A stretch of DNA of 44,487 nt from Trichinella spiralis (Eukaryota). Below the pieces are notes generated by a model that saw only the letters and a list, made by a program, of their open reading frames with translations, was not told the origin of the DNA and searched no databases. The DNA lies in NCBI RefSeq assembly GCF_000181795.1, contig NW_003526941.1, positions 10,594,851 through 10,639,337 on the forward strand, written 5' to 3'. A program made the position numbers and the translations under genes. This document shows positions 27,163-41,900 of the stretch, piece by piece. The first letter of the stretch is position 1; the number at the start of each line of letters is the position of its first letter.

Positions 27163-27751
27163 TATTCATGAGACCATAAGTTTTAAGAAACTACAAAAGT
27201 ACAATTATATAAGGTAAGTTCAAATATGGTTTTTCTTAAATAAAAATTAGATAATATTTAGCAGTAAACTGTGAAAATGTACATAAATAAAGAATTTAAC
27301 GTAATCTATTCAATAATGAAATATAGTATTTTTACATGTTTTTAATAACAGTACATATCATAAAGAAAACAAGCTATGGTAAAAATTGAAAAATAATTTA
27401 CTTTTCAAAATAAGTTTTAAAAACATCAATAAAATTAGTAACTTAACGAAAAGCAACAATACGCAACAGCTGGTTCATAATAAAAGAGTTAGCATACTGT
27501 ATACACAAAAAAATGTATTCATAAAAATAAAATAAGTATAAATATATAAAAATTAAATTGATAAATTTATAAACAAATAATATTTCCTCTTTAATAAAGA
27601 AATATTTTCCTAATTTACACGATATCACTTTACTTTATAAAATTTTACAGAAGTGCAACTGAACCTGCTTATACTTAAAAAGCAGTTTTCAGTTGTTTCG
27701 CGTTGAAGGCTAAGAACTATATTTTCGTTTCTTGAGAAGAGTATTCGCTAA

Positions 27752-28069
<318 letters not shown>

Positions 28070-28155
28070 ACAATAACATGGCTATATTTGCTACATACCC
28101 GATTTTAACCGATTTATAGTGACGTGGAATATTTGTGTTTTGGTGTGATTGATTG

Positions 28156-28161
28156 AATAAA
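28156..28161 (+). promoter_or_regulatory. Polyadenylation signal of the H4 gene
   Basis: AATAAA ~87 nt after the H4 stop, followed by a T-rich tract; no histone stem-loop seen between the stop and this site. Confidence 0.6.
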
Positions 28162-28995
28162 GTTTTTTTTTAATTTAGTTTTATTGAAAATATTGCGTAA
28201 TCTGAAAAGTCGTTCTTTTAAACAAAATAGTGCCATATAACAGAATAAATGTAATATCGGAATAAAATAGAGTAAATGAAGTTACGTTTTTTTGAACAAG
28301 TTTGCAGTTTAATTAAAATTGGACAGTTCAAAAGCAGCGGCAACTTTATTAAAAGTTTCGTCGAAGTCAACACAATTTCGATACAATTAAGACTTTGAAT
28401 GTTTTTCAAGCGTGTTCCAACTAATTTTGAAAAAGCATTCCGTTGTTCAAAGTTAATAATATTACTCATTATTGAAATGCATTCGAAATATTTTTTTTAA
28501 TCAATCGTTCTAAATTTTGAAAGTTTGGTACAGAATGATTTTATCTATTCCTGGAGATGAAGAATGTTTTAAAATGATAATTTTAGTAAACATTAAAGTT
28601 TTTAACACAACAAAACCTTTGCATAATATTTTTATTAAATATTCATCAATTTCAACAAGAATTCTGAATATTATGGTGAAAGATCACATTTTTGTAAATG
28701 GAATAGTGTTTTGCATATTTATGATAATATTTATCTTTTATGCTTAATATTTATTTATTATTTAAAATCATCATTCGTATTTACATATTATTTATTAAAA
28801 TTGATTACGTTAAGAACTGTATTTAGATAAAAATAAAACTGATTTTCAAGATGTAATTAAAGACAGTAATTGTAGAAATAACCAATCTTACATTACTGTA
28901 ATTCTAGGTGTTTTTTGTAACGTGTTAAGTGGTAGTAATTTAGATTTTTTAATTATACATTACTTGATATTTTTAGTAGTGAAATATATCGACGT

Positions 28996-30760
28996 ATGGC
29001 TTCATGGGATGAAATAAAATCATTAGCAGCTGATCTGCGTCGTGTTCAGTTGGGCGAATCATCTAAGAAGTTCGTTGCCGTAATTTATTATAAAATTTTT
29101 TTATTATTAATTTCATTAATAGACTGTCACAACGAAACTGTATTGAGCTAATAACAAAGCTAGTAGAAAATGGAATGCTCGAAGTCATCACCAGTGTGAA
29201 TAGAAAGGATTATATTACACCAGAATATCTTTTGACTCAAATAAAAAATGAAATCATAGCTAATGAAGGTGGATATTTTGTTTGAATTAAATTTTCTGTA
29301 TATGTATATCACTTTAAGGGCGCGTTTCGTTGGCATCTCTACAACAGGTTTTGGGTGTCGATTTTAACATCATCGAAAAACAAGTTAATCAGTTAGTAGC
29401 GACTGATGAAAATCTTTCACTTTGCTTGGGACAGATAATTTCAAAGTAAGTACAGTTCATTTTTTTAGCTGCTATAAGTTGTAATATAATATTTTTTAGA
29501 GATTACATGAATAAAGTATGTATTGAAATTGACAAGCTATTGGCCAAGCAAGGCAAGCTTTCAGTCGGTGATTTGGCAAAGAAATACGATTTTCCTACAG
29601 CATTTTTGGCTGAGGAGGTATATCATCAAATTGGTAAAGCAATTCACGGCTTTGTCGATTCCACTGATTCGAACATTATTTTGACCAAAGCTTTCGTGGA
29701 ACGGCAAACAGCCATTCTTCGAGGAGTTTTGTCGGGCTGCACCAGGTAAGTAACGCAGATTGAATTTGCATTTCAATCGGCTGTTTATAGTAATTCATAT
29801 TTCAATATCGATAAAGTGAATACAGATTTATTTATCGTAATGATTTTATTCAAACATTACAGGCAAATTGAATTATGTTTATTTGAATTTTTTCCATGAT
29901 TAGTATATACTTTTGTTTGTTTTCAAAATAGATGTTATTTTTATGTGCATAAATAGCAGAATTTGTTGTTTTTCTTACATTATTGTATGTTTGTGTTTGG
30001 TTGTTAACTATTTTTTAGAGTCATATCGGTGAAAAAATTAGTAACTGAATTCAATGTTGAACCTTCATTATTCTTCAGTAATAATTATAAATTGTTGTTT
30101 TATTGTGGAAATTTTGAATTTGATCTGATATTCAGGTTGTTTTGACGAATTAAGAAGTCGTGGTTATATTCGTGGTGTGCTGTACGGTGGAAACCAAGTG
30201 GAACGCGCTGTTTATATGCCGGAAATTTGTGTTGAAAAGTTGAAATCGCATGTTCTAGATTTCTATCGTAAAAATGGCTATATAGGTATTAGAAATTACT
30301 GTAACTCAAAATGAATGTATATTTGAATTGTTTGCAGAATTGTCTTATGTTAAAAAGTTTGGTGTATCAGATGTTTCCCAGTTCCTCACACGACTGTTGA
30401 TATCGGAAAATGGTTGTGAACCATATAAAAATTTGAAAGAAAGTTTATTGGGTGAAAAGCTTTGGTTGGAATTTGAATCGGTTGCTAAAGAAACGATGGC
30501 TCAAAATCTTTGGTTAGATGTGTCGGTATGTTTTTTATTGTGCAATATTGTAAAAAGTTGTGAAATTGGTTAATCTGTAGACTATTGCTCCTGAAGTGTT
30601 GAGCGATGCCGATATTTGTTGCCTTGCTGATATGTTGGAGAAGGGAAACAAAAAATGGAATCGACTGGAAGATTTGTACTTTTTTGACGAATCCCTTGCT
30701 AATAGTTGTCTTCATCTTTTCGACTTGCTCATTTTAGAAAAGGCTGATAAAGTAGTTTTA

Positions 30761-30813
<53 letters not shown>

Positions 30814-32283
30814 TTTGTTATACGTTATTATTATTATTTAGGATGCACCTTTGTATAAGAAATCTGTTCAACAACAGCAGCAGCATCAAAAAGGTGCTTG
30901 CCAAAGTCAAGAAAAAGCTCGTGGGAAGAAAAAAGCTGCTGCTCATGTTAAAGGAAAAAAGAAAAAAGTGGGTAATGATAATGATGAAGATGAAACGAGT
31001 CGGTCTGCTCTGAGTACTTTTATGACGGCCGAGCAGATTGTAACGGTTTTGAAAGATTCGGTTAATTTGGAAAATTGTCCTGACTGCATTTTGGAAGAAT
31101 TATCTGAAATGCTTGTCAGGTTAATTTGTTTTGATTTATTGAAAAAAATGTTCCTATTTTTGAAATTTTACTATTAAACTGTTTAGTCCATTAAATGCAA
31201 AATACAGAGCAAGATTGGACGCTGTATTTTTAATCGCCTACGACAGTCATCGGAAAACTCGAACTGATTTATCAGAAAAAATGAATCGCCTTTATTCAAC
31301 CATAACATTGTCAGATCTGTCACTTTCAGTTTTTGATGGTATAAATTGAAAATGTTAGATTTTTCTGATTGATGTGTTTTAGAATTGATCATTTTTTTCA
31401 GAAAAACTGGCTCAACAGTTACGTTTGCATTTACTTCGGGGTGCTTGTACAGATTTGGCTAATCTCGCTCTTGGCGATTATGCAGACATGCCGAATCCTT
31501 TGGAAATTACGAAAAAAGTGAAGAAAAAAGAATCAATCTGAAGAAGTTGTTCTATTTTTAAATTTGAATAATTTTCAGGTGCGTGATTCTGCCATCCAGG
31601 AGATGGTTTCACCTGCCAAGGAGTATTTTGAAGCATTATTCGCGTCTCTCGGTGAAAAGGTGGCGAGCATTGGTTATTTGTATGATTGAGAAAAATATTT
31701 TTTCCCTTTTTTCAGACTTTGCAGCCATTTTATGATGCAATGGAAAAAATAGCTTTACCGAATATTTGCAGTCTAAATTTGTATCATCCTGATAGAAAAA
31801 CGAAGTAACATAATGGAGAATATGTTGTAATTTGGAAATTTATTATTTTGCAAAATTTCGCTTTATTCTCAGAACAGAGATGGTGAATAATCGGTGCAAT
31901 TATTTGGCCGAAGAATTGAAAGCATGCTCAGAGCCGGCTACGGCGCTTTTGTTAAGCTGCCTTTTGTTGTTCACTTTGACGACCAATCAGCTTTTGTTAG
32001 CCAGCGGCAAATTCGTTCCCCAGTTGATTGCTTTTTTGCTCGATCAACTCCCTTCTGATATGAAAGAATTACTACTACAAGCCCAAGGTTTATTTTATTA
32101 TTTTTTTTTTGGTTTTTTTTAAATTATTAACAATAATAATTGAATAATTGCTTTTTTGTAGAAGCGGTTGTGAGCTTTTTGAAAGGTGAACAAGATGAAG
32201 AAAGTAAAAATACGGCAATGGAAATGGTGCATCTTTTGCGGGAAAAGATTCTCACAGACGTGGAGGAAAAAGTGAAATTATGA
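28996..32283 (+). CDS. UFL1: E3 UFM1-protein ligase 1, multi-exon
   Basis: Start MASWDEIKSLAADLRRVQLGESSKK|LSQRNCIELITKL matches the UFL1 N-terminus; GRVSLASLQQVLGVDF; Lys-rich loop KARGKKKA..KGKKKK; C-terminal LLASGKFVPQLIAFL; final exon ends EEKVKL-TGA at 32283. Confidence 0.92.
30766..30807. repeat. (TA)n microsatellite in a UFL1 intron
   Basis: About 20 uninterrupted TA units. Confidence 0.95.
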
Positions 32284-32992
32284 TGAGCGTATTATTTTCT
32301 TTTGTTCTGTTTTTAATTCTGGTCTGAGTGAAATTTAAATAAAAAAGTTTTTTTTGAAAATTCAAACAACTTTTCAATTCAACTAGATGATGTTATTTTC
32401 GTTTAATACATTTCTGTTCCACAAATAAGATTGATTTTGCGGTTTAAAATTTTGAAAAATATTCTTCTTCTTGAAGGGAAAAAGTTTTGTGATGGATTCA
32501 TTTCAATTTCAATTACAATAGGTAATGTGGTAGGTATGCTTTGCTGATTCTCTCGAAATATTTCTTTTAAATTTGCATATTTGAATTGCATTTTATTTAC
32601 TCGGCGGCGACGTTGTTCATATACAATGGTAGCAGTTTTAAAAGATACATTTGTTTACATTGACATAATCACGTTATTAAGCGGTTCATTGAAAGCGGCT
32701 ATTGGCAAATGGTAGATGCATAAACATTGACGTGAGTTATTTATCGAAGCTTGTTTGTTCATCTGCTTTCCCATAATTGTGAAGTCAACTTGGTCGGATA
32801 ATTGAGTTGAAGCCGATAGAAATGAAATGAACGAGAACGGTTTAATAAGTAAATTGGTTTGCTTTTCAAACGGCTTTTAGTCAACTTCTTATGTTTGTCT
32901 TCAATGGAATGGTAAGCAATTTTATAGGTATAAATAAAGGGAGAGAAATTAGTTTCAATTTCATAATTAAATTGATTCGAAGAAAAGTCAAA

Positions 32993-33496
32993 ATGCGCTT
33001 TTTCACTTTGATCAGCTTATTGTGCAGCGTTATTTTTGTATTTAATGAAATTGGTAATTGAATAAAAAATATTTAACACTATGCATGCGTTATTGTAATA
33101 CAATTAATCATTATTATTTTATTTCATTCGCATACAGGATCTGTTAGTGCGATGGAAGAGACTGTGCATTTGGTATAAAGTTTATGTTCATGTGGCAGGC
33201 ATACATTTGCACATTTAAATCTTTACTCTTTTTTAGGTAGAGACAAACTTAGATGATATGTATGAGCATGGTGAAGGTTTTGAAGAACTTTCAGGAGAAC
33301 AAAAATTCGAAGATGAACTGTCTGCAATTTCTTTCAAGCTTAAAAAAGATCCAGATTTTCAACAGTCGAGGTATTGTTATATTTTCAATTTTTTAACGTA
33401 AATTATTTAAAAAATTTTTTATTTTTTAGTTTATCCGTTGAAGAATCAGAATCTGAAAGTGATGAGATGGAATCAGAAGAAATAACATTAAAATAA
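32993..33496 (+). CDS. Unannotated small acidic secreted protein, 98 aa, 4 exons
   Basis: Exons 32993-33053, 33138-33172, 33237-33370, 33430-33496 with GT-AG introns splice in frame: MRFFTLISLLCSVIFVFNEIGSVSA|MEETVHLVETNLDDMYEHGEGFEELSGEQKFEDELSAISFKLKKDPDFQQSSLSVEESESESDEMESEEITLK*. Signal-peptide-like N-terminus; AATAAA at 33551. Confidence 0.7.
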
Positions 33497-34352
33497 TGGA
33501 ATTAATAACATTGATGAACATTCATTCAGTATTAAACTGTTTTGAAGAATAATAAACCATTTGCTTTGAATAAATTCACTTTTGAGCATCAGTATGCTAT
33601 TGAAATTGAAAGATTTTTTTAATAAATAATGAGTGTTCAATATCGAATTTTCCAATGTGAAATTTAAACAAATGAAAGTTATTCTGGTTTGAATGCTAAC
33701 TATTCATATCTTATTTAGTTTTTATCTAAATAATTCAAATTAATGGTCATTGCACAATGTTTAGTGAATTATATTTTGTTTATGCACAGTGAGCAGCATC
33801 GATAAAATATTTCATCTTGCTTTTCAATTGTACTGTATTAGGTGGACAAAAATGCACGTTGTAAATTGATCGTTAATAATGATGGTCAGTTATTGTTTCA
33901 AATTGTATTCTGTCCATTTTTAATCAATTGCATTTTATCTAATTTTTGACTATATGAAAAATTGTTATTTTTAATATAACTTTTATTCGCTGGTATTTCT
34001 ATTTGAGAAGATGGCGTTTAGCATTGTTATTTTGGTGATTTTAAAGTCAAATGTGTAGAAGTATTCATCGAATCATAAATCGCCGTTTTACATGCGCTAT
34101 TGTCGTCATTATGTTAGGTAAAATCAATAATTATGTTTCGAAAGAAATTCAACAAGTAGATGTTTTTCTTTGTGAAATATTGAAAATCCAATATTTTGAA
34201 ATTTCAAATTTAAACTAATCTCAGAGTGTGGAATGAACTGAAATTGTGTAAAAAGGAATTTAAATAACCATCATTGAATTGTTTGCAGTGTAACTTGTCA
34301 GCAAAAAGTGCAGTACGCTGAAAATTGCAAATAATTGTTTTGTATTAGTGAA

Positions 34353-35430
34353 ATGAAAGGAATAAGAAAAAGTTATTTTTAAAATTATTCGTTGAATTTT
34401 TTGTATTTCTAGTTGCTGTTGTTGTTATAATTGTGCGCAAATGGCAGATTGAATTGGAACTTGCTAATAAAATGGAAGCGGAGTGGGCAGAAAAATCAGC
34501 CCTTGAATACAATGGAAATCCATCGCATGACGATCGTCCAAGTTTGATGGAGAAGACAATTTTTATCATAACTCCAACATATAAAAGGTACAACCAGAAA
34601 GCGGATTTAACACGATTGTCTTACACACTGATGCACGTGCGGGATATTTTTTGGATTGTTGTCGAAGATGCGCCGGCAACGACGAATCTTGTGCAAAATG
34701 TGATCCAACGATCTGGCATTGCTCATGTACTTTTGGCGGTGCAAACTCCGGCAGAGCAGAAGCGGAAAAAAGGGATCAAATTTGCCCGTGGTGTTGTGCA
34801 GCGCAATTTAGCTTTGCAGTGGATTCGTTCGAATTTGAATTCCAACCAAGCCGGTGTTGTCTACTTTGCCGACGATGACAACACCTACGATATTAGGCTT
34901 TTCGATGAGGTTAGCTGTGATGTGGATATGCAAATTTTTTGATCATCGGTGATGACGAGAACAGTACAATTGCATCTTTCTTCTTAGATGAGATCGACGA
35001 AGCTTGTGTCGGTCTGGCCGGTAGCTTTTGTTGGGGAAGTGCTGGTCGAGAGGCCGTTGGTCAGAGATGGTCGAGTGGTCGGCTTTCTCGCTTTTTGGGA
35101 TCCTGGTCGCAAATTTCCCATCGACATGTCTGGCTTTGCCGTCAATCTCAGGTGACCAACTGGACAGTGGTGCCATATTTTGGGATAAAATTAATTTTCA
35201 GGCTCATCTTTGAAAAGAAGCATGCCCAGTTTGGCTACAACGTTAAGATTGGTCATCAGGAAACGTCATTTTTGGAACAACTGGTAGAACGCATTGCTGA
35301 ACTGGAACCCAAAGCTGACAACTGCAATCTTGTGTACGTCTGGCACACCCGCACCGCGCAACCGAATTTAAATATTGAACAAAAGTTGTGGAAAAATAAA
35401 ACTCGAACAGATGCGGGAATTGAAATTTGA
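34353..35430 (+). CDS. Beta-1,3-glucuronosyltransferase (GT43, GlcAT/B3GAT family); start uncertain
   Basis: [50 protein letters not shown] (DxD), [48 protein letters not shown]. Exons ~34413-34909, 34988-35151, 35202-35430; putative first exon 34353-34371. Confidence 0.9.
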
Positions 35431-38190
35431 TTTGAGTAGAAAAAAGCAGCACTAATGGAAACCGAACAACAATATAATGAATGATACGAGAAAGTAAGAA
35501 TGACAAATTGCAATGGAAATGTGATTTTTTGTTTAATTTATTATTTAAATTGTATCCTGTTTTTCATCGTTTGTTGAAGTTTAATTGGAATGTGATCGTT
35601 GAATTTGAACTGATCATAGCGTAGCATCGATAATATACTGCTGGTATGAAAAGTGGATTGTGTCCAGATGAATTTTATTTTTCTGTTTTAGTACTAATAT
35701 ATATGTATGTATGGCAGCTTTGAAATTTGAAAACATTATTTCATTGCTTAAAAATCGAAGACAATTCCACGATTATTCAAATAAATGTTCAGTCGACTGA
35801 GAACAAATAATTGCTTGGAGAAAAAGTTCTTCAAGTTGAATTTTTATTTCAGTTCAGTTGTTTACAAGTGCTGCTGTAATTTTTACCTCCAAACAACAGT
35901 AGTCATGGAAACGGAACAAACTCTACGGGGGTCAAACAGTGTATGTATGTTTGTTTTTTGGAAATTTGTTTCAAATTTGAATTCGCATTCAATTGAATAT
36001 TTTATATGCAATGTGACAATGCGCAATTGATCATGAATAAAAACGAATCATCATATCAGTGAAGACGAATTAACCTTCGACGTGTGTTCACTGTGTGTGT
36101 GTGTGTGTGTCATATTTTGCAAGATTAGCATCATTTTGCAAGATTATCAGCATTCAGCTTAGGAATAATTATCATCTTAAAATAATTTTAATTTGAGTGC
36201 ACCGAGAAAAACTCTATACCAGGTTGAAGCACTTTTGTTTGCTTTACTCTATTTCATAATTTATGACGGTTCCTGTTTAAAGATTTTCTATTCATTTTTG
36301 TTTGTTTTAACCACCGGCTTTCAAATACCACAGTTTAATTAATCTTCCATTATTATTGATAATGTTTGAAACGGTGAATTACTTTTCTTCTTAGTGATCA
36401 TTGTTTTGAAAAAAAGAAAATGAGAAATTTAACACGCAGTTTCATCTCATTCAAAAAATAAACATTACAACTTTCCTTCTTTTTAATTGTCATCATTAAT
36501 TTCATTTGTACATTTTTTTTTGTTTGAAAATTTTCAGAAATTCTGAAATTATTATATCTGCAAATTAACCGCTACCCTAACGAGCATTGTCGCTTCTTTG
36601 ATCGCAGCGAAGCCGCAATTCCTCCGCTTTTGCATCATTTTAAAATATTAACTAGGTAAGTACAACTTTTCATTTTATCAGTATTCAATCGATAAATTGT
36701 CGTCTGATCAATTCACCATCATCTTCAATGCAACTATTATACCATGCTTGCATTGAAAAGTCATTACGCCTAAACGTAATAATAAATAATCGCTCCATTG
36801 TTTTTACGAGAAGAAACTTTTCAAACTCAACGGTACGTTCATTTTTTTGCATCAATTTAAATTCTTTTTATTTATTTATTTATTGGGTATTTTTTCCCTC
36901 TTTGCTTCCATTTAAATTTCAATTCAGTTGAATCGAAAATTGGGTCACATTTTACCGTAATGAAACATGACAGGTAAGTTTAATTGTTTTTCAAAAAGAA
37001 AATTATACTATACATTACTAGTTCAAGCGACGCTGATTGGCCCGCATGCACAGTAGAGCTTGAAATTTAATTTCCACGTCAATTTTTAATAACTCAGCGT
37101 AACTAACTAGTGGTGATTTTAATAACTCGTTGGAAAGAAAATTTGCGTGGCAACTTCAATTCTGCAGCGTAAGAAAGATTATTACGCTTACTTTGGACAG
37201 TTTTGTCTCCGGCAAATAATGAATCTCAATTTTGTCTTGACTAATTTTGAAATGAATTTATTGACCTGCAAGGTTCTGATGCGCTGTGACTTTAGAATAA
37301 TAGTGAATGGTTTGCTTGATTGAGTGAATTTTAAAAGCTGAAACTTTTTGCCGCATGCTAGTAGTGGAAAATCAATGCTTTACAACAATTCAATTCTCTA
37401 TCACTCATTATGTAACGAGAAATTGTTGCGTTGACAAAAAAACAGCGTTATTTATTAAAATAATAATTTTTAAAGGGAAGTATGCAACAAAGAAAGAAAG
37501 AGTTCATTTATGCAATTTTTTTTTTAATTTTTATTTTTAATCGTTGTCGATTTATAGCGGCTTTTTTCTTTTTAAAGACTTGTGTCTACATTTCAAATGA
37601 CGCCACAAATCAATTTGCGCAATGTTGTGGTATTGTCATTTGAAAGCTGTAATTAGTGATCATTATTATTTGAAAATAAATTTTCCTCAAACAGTTCATT
37701 AAAATATCTATTGGAAAAAGTAATCATTTTTTTCATAGATGGTTTTATGAATTTTATTTGCTTATCAAATTATCAAATCAAAGCTGTTCTTAGCTGAGAA
37801 GATGGTGAATTTTTCTGGTATTTCTTATTGTACCAACAAGAAAATGAAAAAATTGCTAAATTGTATAAATGGAGTTTTGATTGGTGAATTGTTCTTTTTT
37901 GTCTTTTACAATTTTAGCACTTCAAAACTTGTCTGAATGATGTTAAAATATATATATGTGCATTGATAGATATTAAATTTCCTACCTAAATAAGCTGTCG
38001 CGACATGGGTTATTTTATTAGCGATGCAATATTGGTATGTAGATTTATTTGTTTCAGTGTATTTATTTGTTTTTTGTTTTATTCCAGTGTGGGATTTTTT
38101 GTTTTGTATAAAGCAGATTGACAAACGACTGATGACATTCATATTCAACGTTAATAATAATATTCGTCCGGCGAGAATAATATATTTCTT

Positions 38191-38196
<6 letters not shown>

Positions 38197-38232
<36 letters not shown>
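38197..38232. repeat. (TA)n microsatellite upstream of the hmbx-1-like gene
   Basis: About 18 TA units. Confidence 0.95.
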
Positions 38233-38234
<2 letters not shown>

Positions 38235-38904
38235 AAGAAACAACATATCGATCGACTGCTGTTGGATTTATCCACACACTTGTTAAACAGCGCCTCGCGT
38301 ATGCCTTTGTCAGTGATGACTAACTATCACCTCCCAAATATACAACGACAGCGAAAGGCTGCATAATATTTCACTTATATATAATTGCTCTGCTCTACGA
38401 GCTTTAATTATTATTATTATCATTATCATTCCGATTATTATTATTATTATTATAACGGCTAGCTTGATTGCGTCGTGTGCTTTTTAGAGTGTATACTTTT
38501 CATCTGACGTTGTTCAAATACGATTGCGTAGTCTACAACTCTTACACATGTATTTCACATCTATTGCACACATTATATATATGTGATATGTAATATATAT
38601 ATATCACTATGTATGTATGTATGTATATGTATATGTATAGACAAACACACATACATGCATGCATACTTACACATATGCTTACTTTTTTGCATATTGTGCT
38701 GACACTGAAATTGTATCTTCATATTCATAGTTATATCACAATTTTCAAATGATGGTGTTTCTCTTGTTAACTAACCTTGCAGCTGAAATTCAATTATTAT
38801 TATTGTTGTTATGTATTTAATTATGCTTCATTTTATTATTAGTTGAAAATCTGCTCCTGCTGGGCGCTGCGACTGCATTATCAGTCAGTTTGAAAGAAAC
38901 GGCA

Positions 38905-41900
38905 ATGATGTCCACACCGCCACTTTTCTCCGTTGAACAGGTGGATTTGGTGCGTCGTATTCGTCAAACAGGCATCACCATTGAACAAATTGTTCAGGTA
39001 AATTCATATTTTTTTTTGTTATTTATTACTGTTTTGATTGTTATAATTGCTTTTTATTTGTTCTTCTTGAGGTGGAGCAGCAAGAAAGCTTCTTTTTCTC
39101 AATTATTTTCATGTATTATTTTTTATTGCTCATGTCATGTATTTTTCTTTCGCAATATGCATAAAAATGAGAATTTTTCCATCTTGAAGTATTATTATTA
39201 TAATTAGGGGAAAAATGAAAATTTTAATAATTTGCTATGGATACGCTTTGTCAGTTGATAATCAATAATTATGCACCCGAGGCTATTTTATTTGAGGAAA
39301 ATTGTGCAAGCGAAAGAAACTATGTTTAATAAACAAAAGAATTTTGTTTCTTTTTCTTTCTAAAATAGTACAAATTTCATTAATTGATCGATTTTGATAA
39401 TATGATAAATTTTTTCATCATGAATCAATTAAAATTATTAAATCTGGGATTTGTGCGCAATTGTCAGTTCGTCATTTATCAACGTGCTTTATATTAAATT
39501 TCATTAAAAAAGTTTTTAATTGAGAACATCACCGAGAATTGAATAACTGCGATTGAAAATTTATTAAGCGAAAAGTTAGCAGCAGTGTGGTTTGGCAATT
39601 TTTAGAATAAGCTAGTTGCTCAAGTTAAATTTGTCCGTTGGTTGAAAATGATAATAATTTACATCAACAATTAACAGAGATTGAGTTCTTGTTTCAATCT
39701 TTAATGCTTTATTCGAAAATTTGACAACAGTTACTTTTTGAAAAAATAAAGAATTTTTGAAAGGTGTTATGCAAATTTTAATCAACAACAAAGTAGTTGT
39801 TTTTTATTTCTCAGTTGTTTACTTTATTCGTGTTGAAAAGTGCCACAGTTACTTGTGGGCAGGGCTGGAGATGAGCTGCGCTAGTCTAGTGCTCAAAGAT
39901 TTCCTGCACAAAATAAAAAAAAATACTTTTCGTTCTTTGAATTATCATTATTATTATTATTATTATTATTATTTATTAGCGTCACAGGCTGACAAGGCGT
40001 TAACGTTGATCTTTCTCCAGCTATTAGCATTCCTTTGTTGAACATAATTGTCCAACTCTGCTTGATTTGCGTTTTAATTAATTAATTAATTAGTTTTTTC
40101 AGTTTACTGTTGTATGCGAATTAGTTTGTTTTTCAAAAATGGCATTTTATTTGTTCTCATTTATTTTGAAAAGAAGCTTCTCACCAACAGTGTGTAAACT
40201 CAGTTTACATTGTAAACGGTTCATTGTCGAACGGTTGTTATTCTTTGCTTGTGTTGAATTTACACTGCATATTATTATTATTATTGTTACTATTGGTGTT
40301 GTTGTTAATTTACTGATCAAATTAACCTGTTCAGAAATTTCCTCACATTCAGAAGAATGCAAGCTATTTAATTTGTTTATTCAAATTTATTCAAGTTTCA
40401 AGTTTATTCAAGTTGTTCTGATGTCATTCAGATTTGCATACAATTTTCCAGTTGCTCAATATAAATAGATAAAATATTTATTTATTTATATATTTCAATG
40501 ATAAAATATATGTATGTTTTTTTTTCATTTATTTTACCAGTAAAGTTGAAAATGATTCATAATATTCCTGTTTGATTTCGTTTGCTCAGATATATGAAGC
40601 GCTGAATCGTCTTGATGAAGAGTTGAGCTCTCAAACCGTTTCTGCAGTGGCGACGCAGCAATATTGTGGACAAGAATTCAGTACAGGCTGTGGTGATTTG
40701 AAAAACGGGTCCACACCTAGTCCACAATCAGCACCAGTGGTGGACCAGAAGTCCGAGGCAATTTTGGCAGGACTGTATCCGTATTCAGGGCTTCGAAGTG
40801 TCTTACGAAAGGATCATTTGGCTTTAAAGTCCAACACTGCCAACGGTTCATCTCCTTACCCTCGGGCGTCTAATAACGAGCGCAGGCACAGCGTGATCGA
40901 GTTGACAACTCCTGAACAGAAAGCAGAATTGGCAGAATTGAAAAAGTTGCCTTTTTTTTCCTATTTTAAAATCTTTCAATTTAAAAATATTTATACTAAT
41001 GTTTAAAAAAAAATACATCTGTGATGATGATTAAATTTCAGGATGCATGATATTTGTCAATTGTTATAAAATTTGCATTTGTTTGTTTTTTTGGGCTTTT
41101 CAGAAAAGATGAAGAAGAAATAATCAACGAAATTCGAGAATTTGTTTCTCGTTGTCAGGTGAGGCAACAGACCATCGCCCAGATGACTGGTATTTCACAG
41201 CCGTACGTGTCGAAATTTTTGAGTGGAATAGCCAAAGAGTTGTCTGAACGCGTGCGAACGTTGATGTTCTCGTGGTTCATTCTGTGCCGCAACCGACCCG
41301 AACTGATCGGTATGTTTCATTTTGTTTGTTTGTTTATTTGTTTATTGCTTTTTTTTGTTTGAAGCAAAATACTGATTTCAGCTGAAATGGCTTCTGATGC
41401 GAATTCCAAGGTGAAAATTAACGCTTCCAAAGAGTTCTACTTGCCAAGACGGGAGCGATTTGTTTTCAAACAAGCCCACATTGATGTTCTTGAACGCTTT
41501 TTTAATGAAGAACCCTACCCAAATATGTTGAAACGAGAAGAAATTGCCTCTGCGTGCAATTTGGCATTGCAGAGTCAACATTTTGGTGAAGAGTTTGCAA
41601 TTGTTTTTTGCTTGCTTGCTTGTTTGCATATATTAAAATTTGAATAAATTTTGTTTTTGTTTTCAAGGGAATTTCAATCCGAAAGATCTCGTTACAGAGC
41701 ACATTGTTGCTAATTGGTTTTCCAACAGGAGGAAAGAAAAGAGGAGAAAACGTAAGAAAATTAACTATAATTGCACAGTTGAGCTGTACTTTGAAAGCAT
41801 TATGCACGTGTTTAAATTTGAATAATTTGCTGCTGTTCATGTGATTCTTTCTATATTTTAGAGTTTGTTGTCGACTCGCGTGCACCTCGCAGACGCAAGT

